A DNA stretch of 64,000 bases, from positions 1 to 64,000 of the forward strand of contig CAVRFW010000002.1 in the NCBI GenBank assembly GCA_963720565.1, read 5' to 3'. Within the stretch, counting starts at the first letter, position 1; the number at the start of each line of letters is the position of its first letter. The translations under genes and the position numbers were made by a program. This document shows, one piece after another, positions 63,159 to 64,000 of this stretch. Source of the stretch: Candidatus Bathyarchaeota archaeon (GTDB lineage Archaea > Thermoproteota > Bathyarchaeia > Bathyarchaeales > Bathycorpusculaceae). The notes under the pieces were generated by a model. The model ran no database searches, was not told where the DNA came from, and saw nothing but the letters and a program-made list of their open reading frames with translations.

Positions 63159-63332
63159 CTAGCTACTTGTGTCGAGCGTCAAGAGAGGACAATCCTTGCT
63201 ACATTTCTCCATTTCACAGTCTTCACTAAACATTAGCGAAGGAAGACCATACCCCCTTCTATGACTATTGCATTCATCCAACACTAAACGTTCCATTTCT
63301 TGAAGAACCACAACATAATTTCTAACAGCCAT
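63159..63332 (-). CDS. 57-aa Cys-rich protein, paralog of 201..371
   Basis: LQEMERLVLDECNSHRRGYGLPSL..CEMEKCSKDCP. Confidence 0.75.
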   Translation of the reverse strand: MAVRNYVVVLQEMERLVLDECNSHRRGYGLPSLMFSEDCEMEKCSKDCPLLTLDTSS

Positions 63333-63512
63333 CAACGCTAACCTTCCAAAGGATACCACGGGTTACAAGCTAAAACTAATTCATTGCAAGCTGAATATTA
63401 CCGGTTATTTCCAAACACGATATGTTAATTCAGCCAAAATCGAAATGTTCAGAATAGTCCCTCGATGGGCAAAGAACACTTAAAAACGAAGCTTAACCAG
63501 TTGTACAAAACA

Positions 63513-63863
63513 TTAGAGAGAATGGGAAACCACGAGTATATTGTTCAGAATAGTCATCAAAAGAACCATTGCAGCAATCGTATATCCCACTCTGAGCGTA
63601 GTGCGAACAAAAGAAGAAGATTCACTATTTTTGTCCTTCAATCCTTGGAGCATCCTTTCCCCGAAATAGTACAGTAAACCCACAAACACCGTGGTCGCAA
63701 GTTTCACCGCAGTAAAAGCTACCAAGTTTGTCCTGGTTAGCTCCGCGAAAAACGGGTTGACCTCAACAGCCCCGAAATAGGCAATTCCGACTATGGTCGT
63801 CAGCCAATCCAAGTATCCCATAAAAAAAAGCGCCAAGCTAGGATACATCCTGACTCTTAACGT
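63513..63863 (-). CDS. DUF5658-like membrane protein, paralog of 14395..14745
   Basis: YPSLALFFMGYLDWLTT shared exactly with the paralog. Confidence 0.75.
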   Translation of the reverse strand, partial: TLRVRMYPSLALFFMGYLDWLTTIVGIAYFGAVEVNPFFAELTRTNLVAFTAVKLATTVFVGLLYYFGERMLQGLKDKNSESSSFVRTTLRVGYTIAAMVLLMTILNNILVVSHSL

Positions 63864-64000
63864 GCTCGCCTCATCTCTCCCTCCTCGATGAACCCAATAA
63901 TAGAAAGGGCTTTGGTGTTTATGACATATGTAGAATTCTCTTATAGAAAACAAGAGCAAAAGATCTACTCAAACTCAGAGACTTGCCGGTTAGCGCGTGA

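Overview
Archaeal chromosomal accessory region, most likely Candidatus Bathyarchaeia. This is inferred from GGTGA/GGAGG Shine-Dalgarno sites, BRE/TATA promoters, a membrane-anchored PQQ-like beta-propeller, a NosD-type beta-helix, an ArsR-HTH/TM fusion and an eL22-like protein. I found no rRNA, tRNA, CRISPR array or transposase. There are about 70 genes, mostly singletons, many tiny Cys-rich proteins, and several dispersed paralog pairs. About ten genes are split by 1-nt indels (assembly error or decay). Highlights: (1) a cluster linking a PrsW protease with poly-Pro tails to two proteins sharing a C-terminal CPTCG..QYQRWYC..D.KYV zinc ribbon, one fused to a PRC barrel; (2) eukaryote-like proteins: a prenylcysteine-oxidase homolog, a GH13_8 branching enzyme and an eL22-like protein; (3) a single-domain beta/gamma-crystallin; (4) genes missed by the ORF track (Cren7-like, TRAM) and evidence for ACG/ATA/ATT start codons; (5) readable operators, a 35-bp inverted repeat, candidate structured RNAs and a recurring intergenic CGCGCTA motif. 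All family calls are by motif recognition from memory; no database searches were run.
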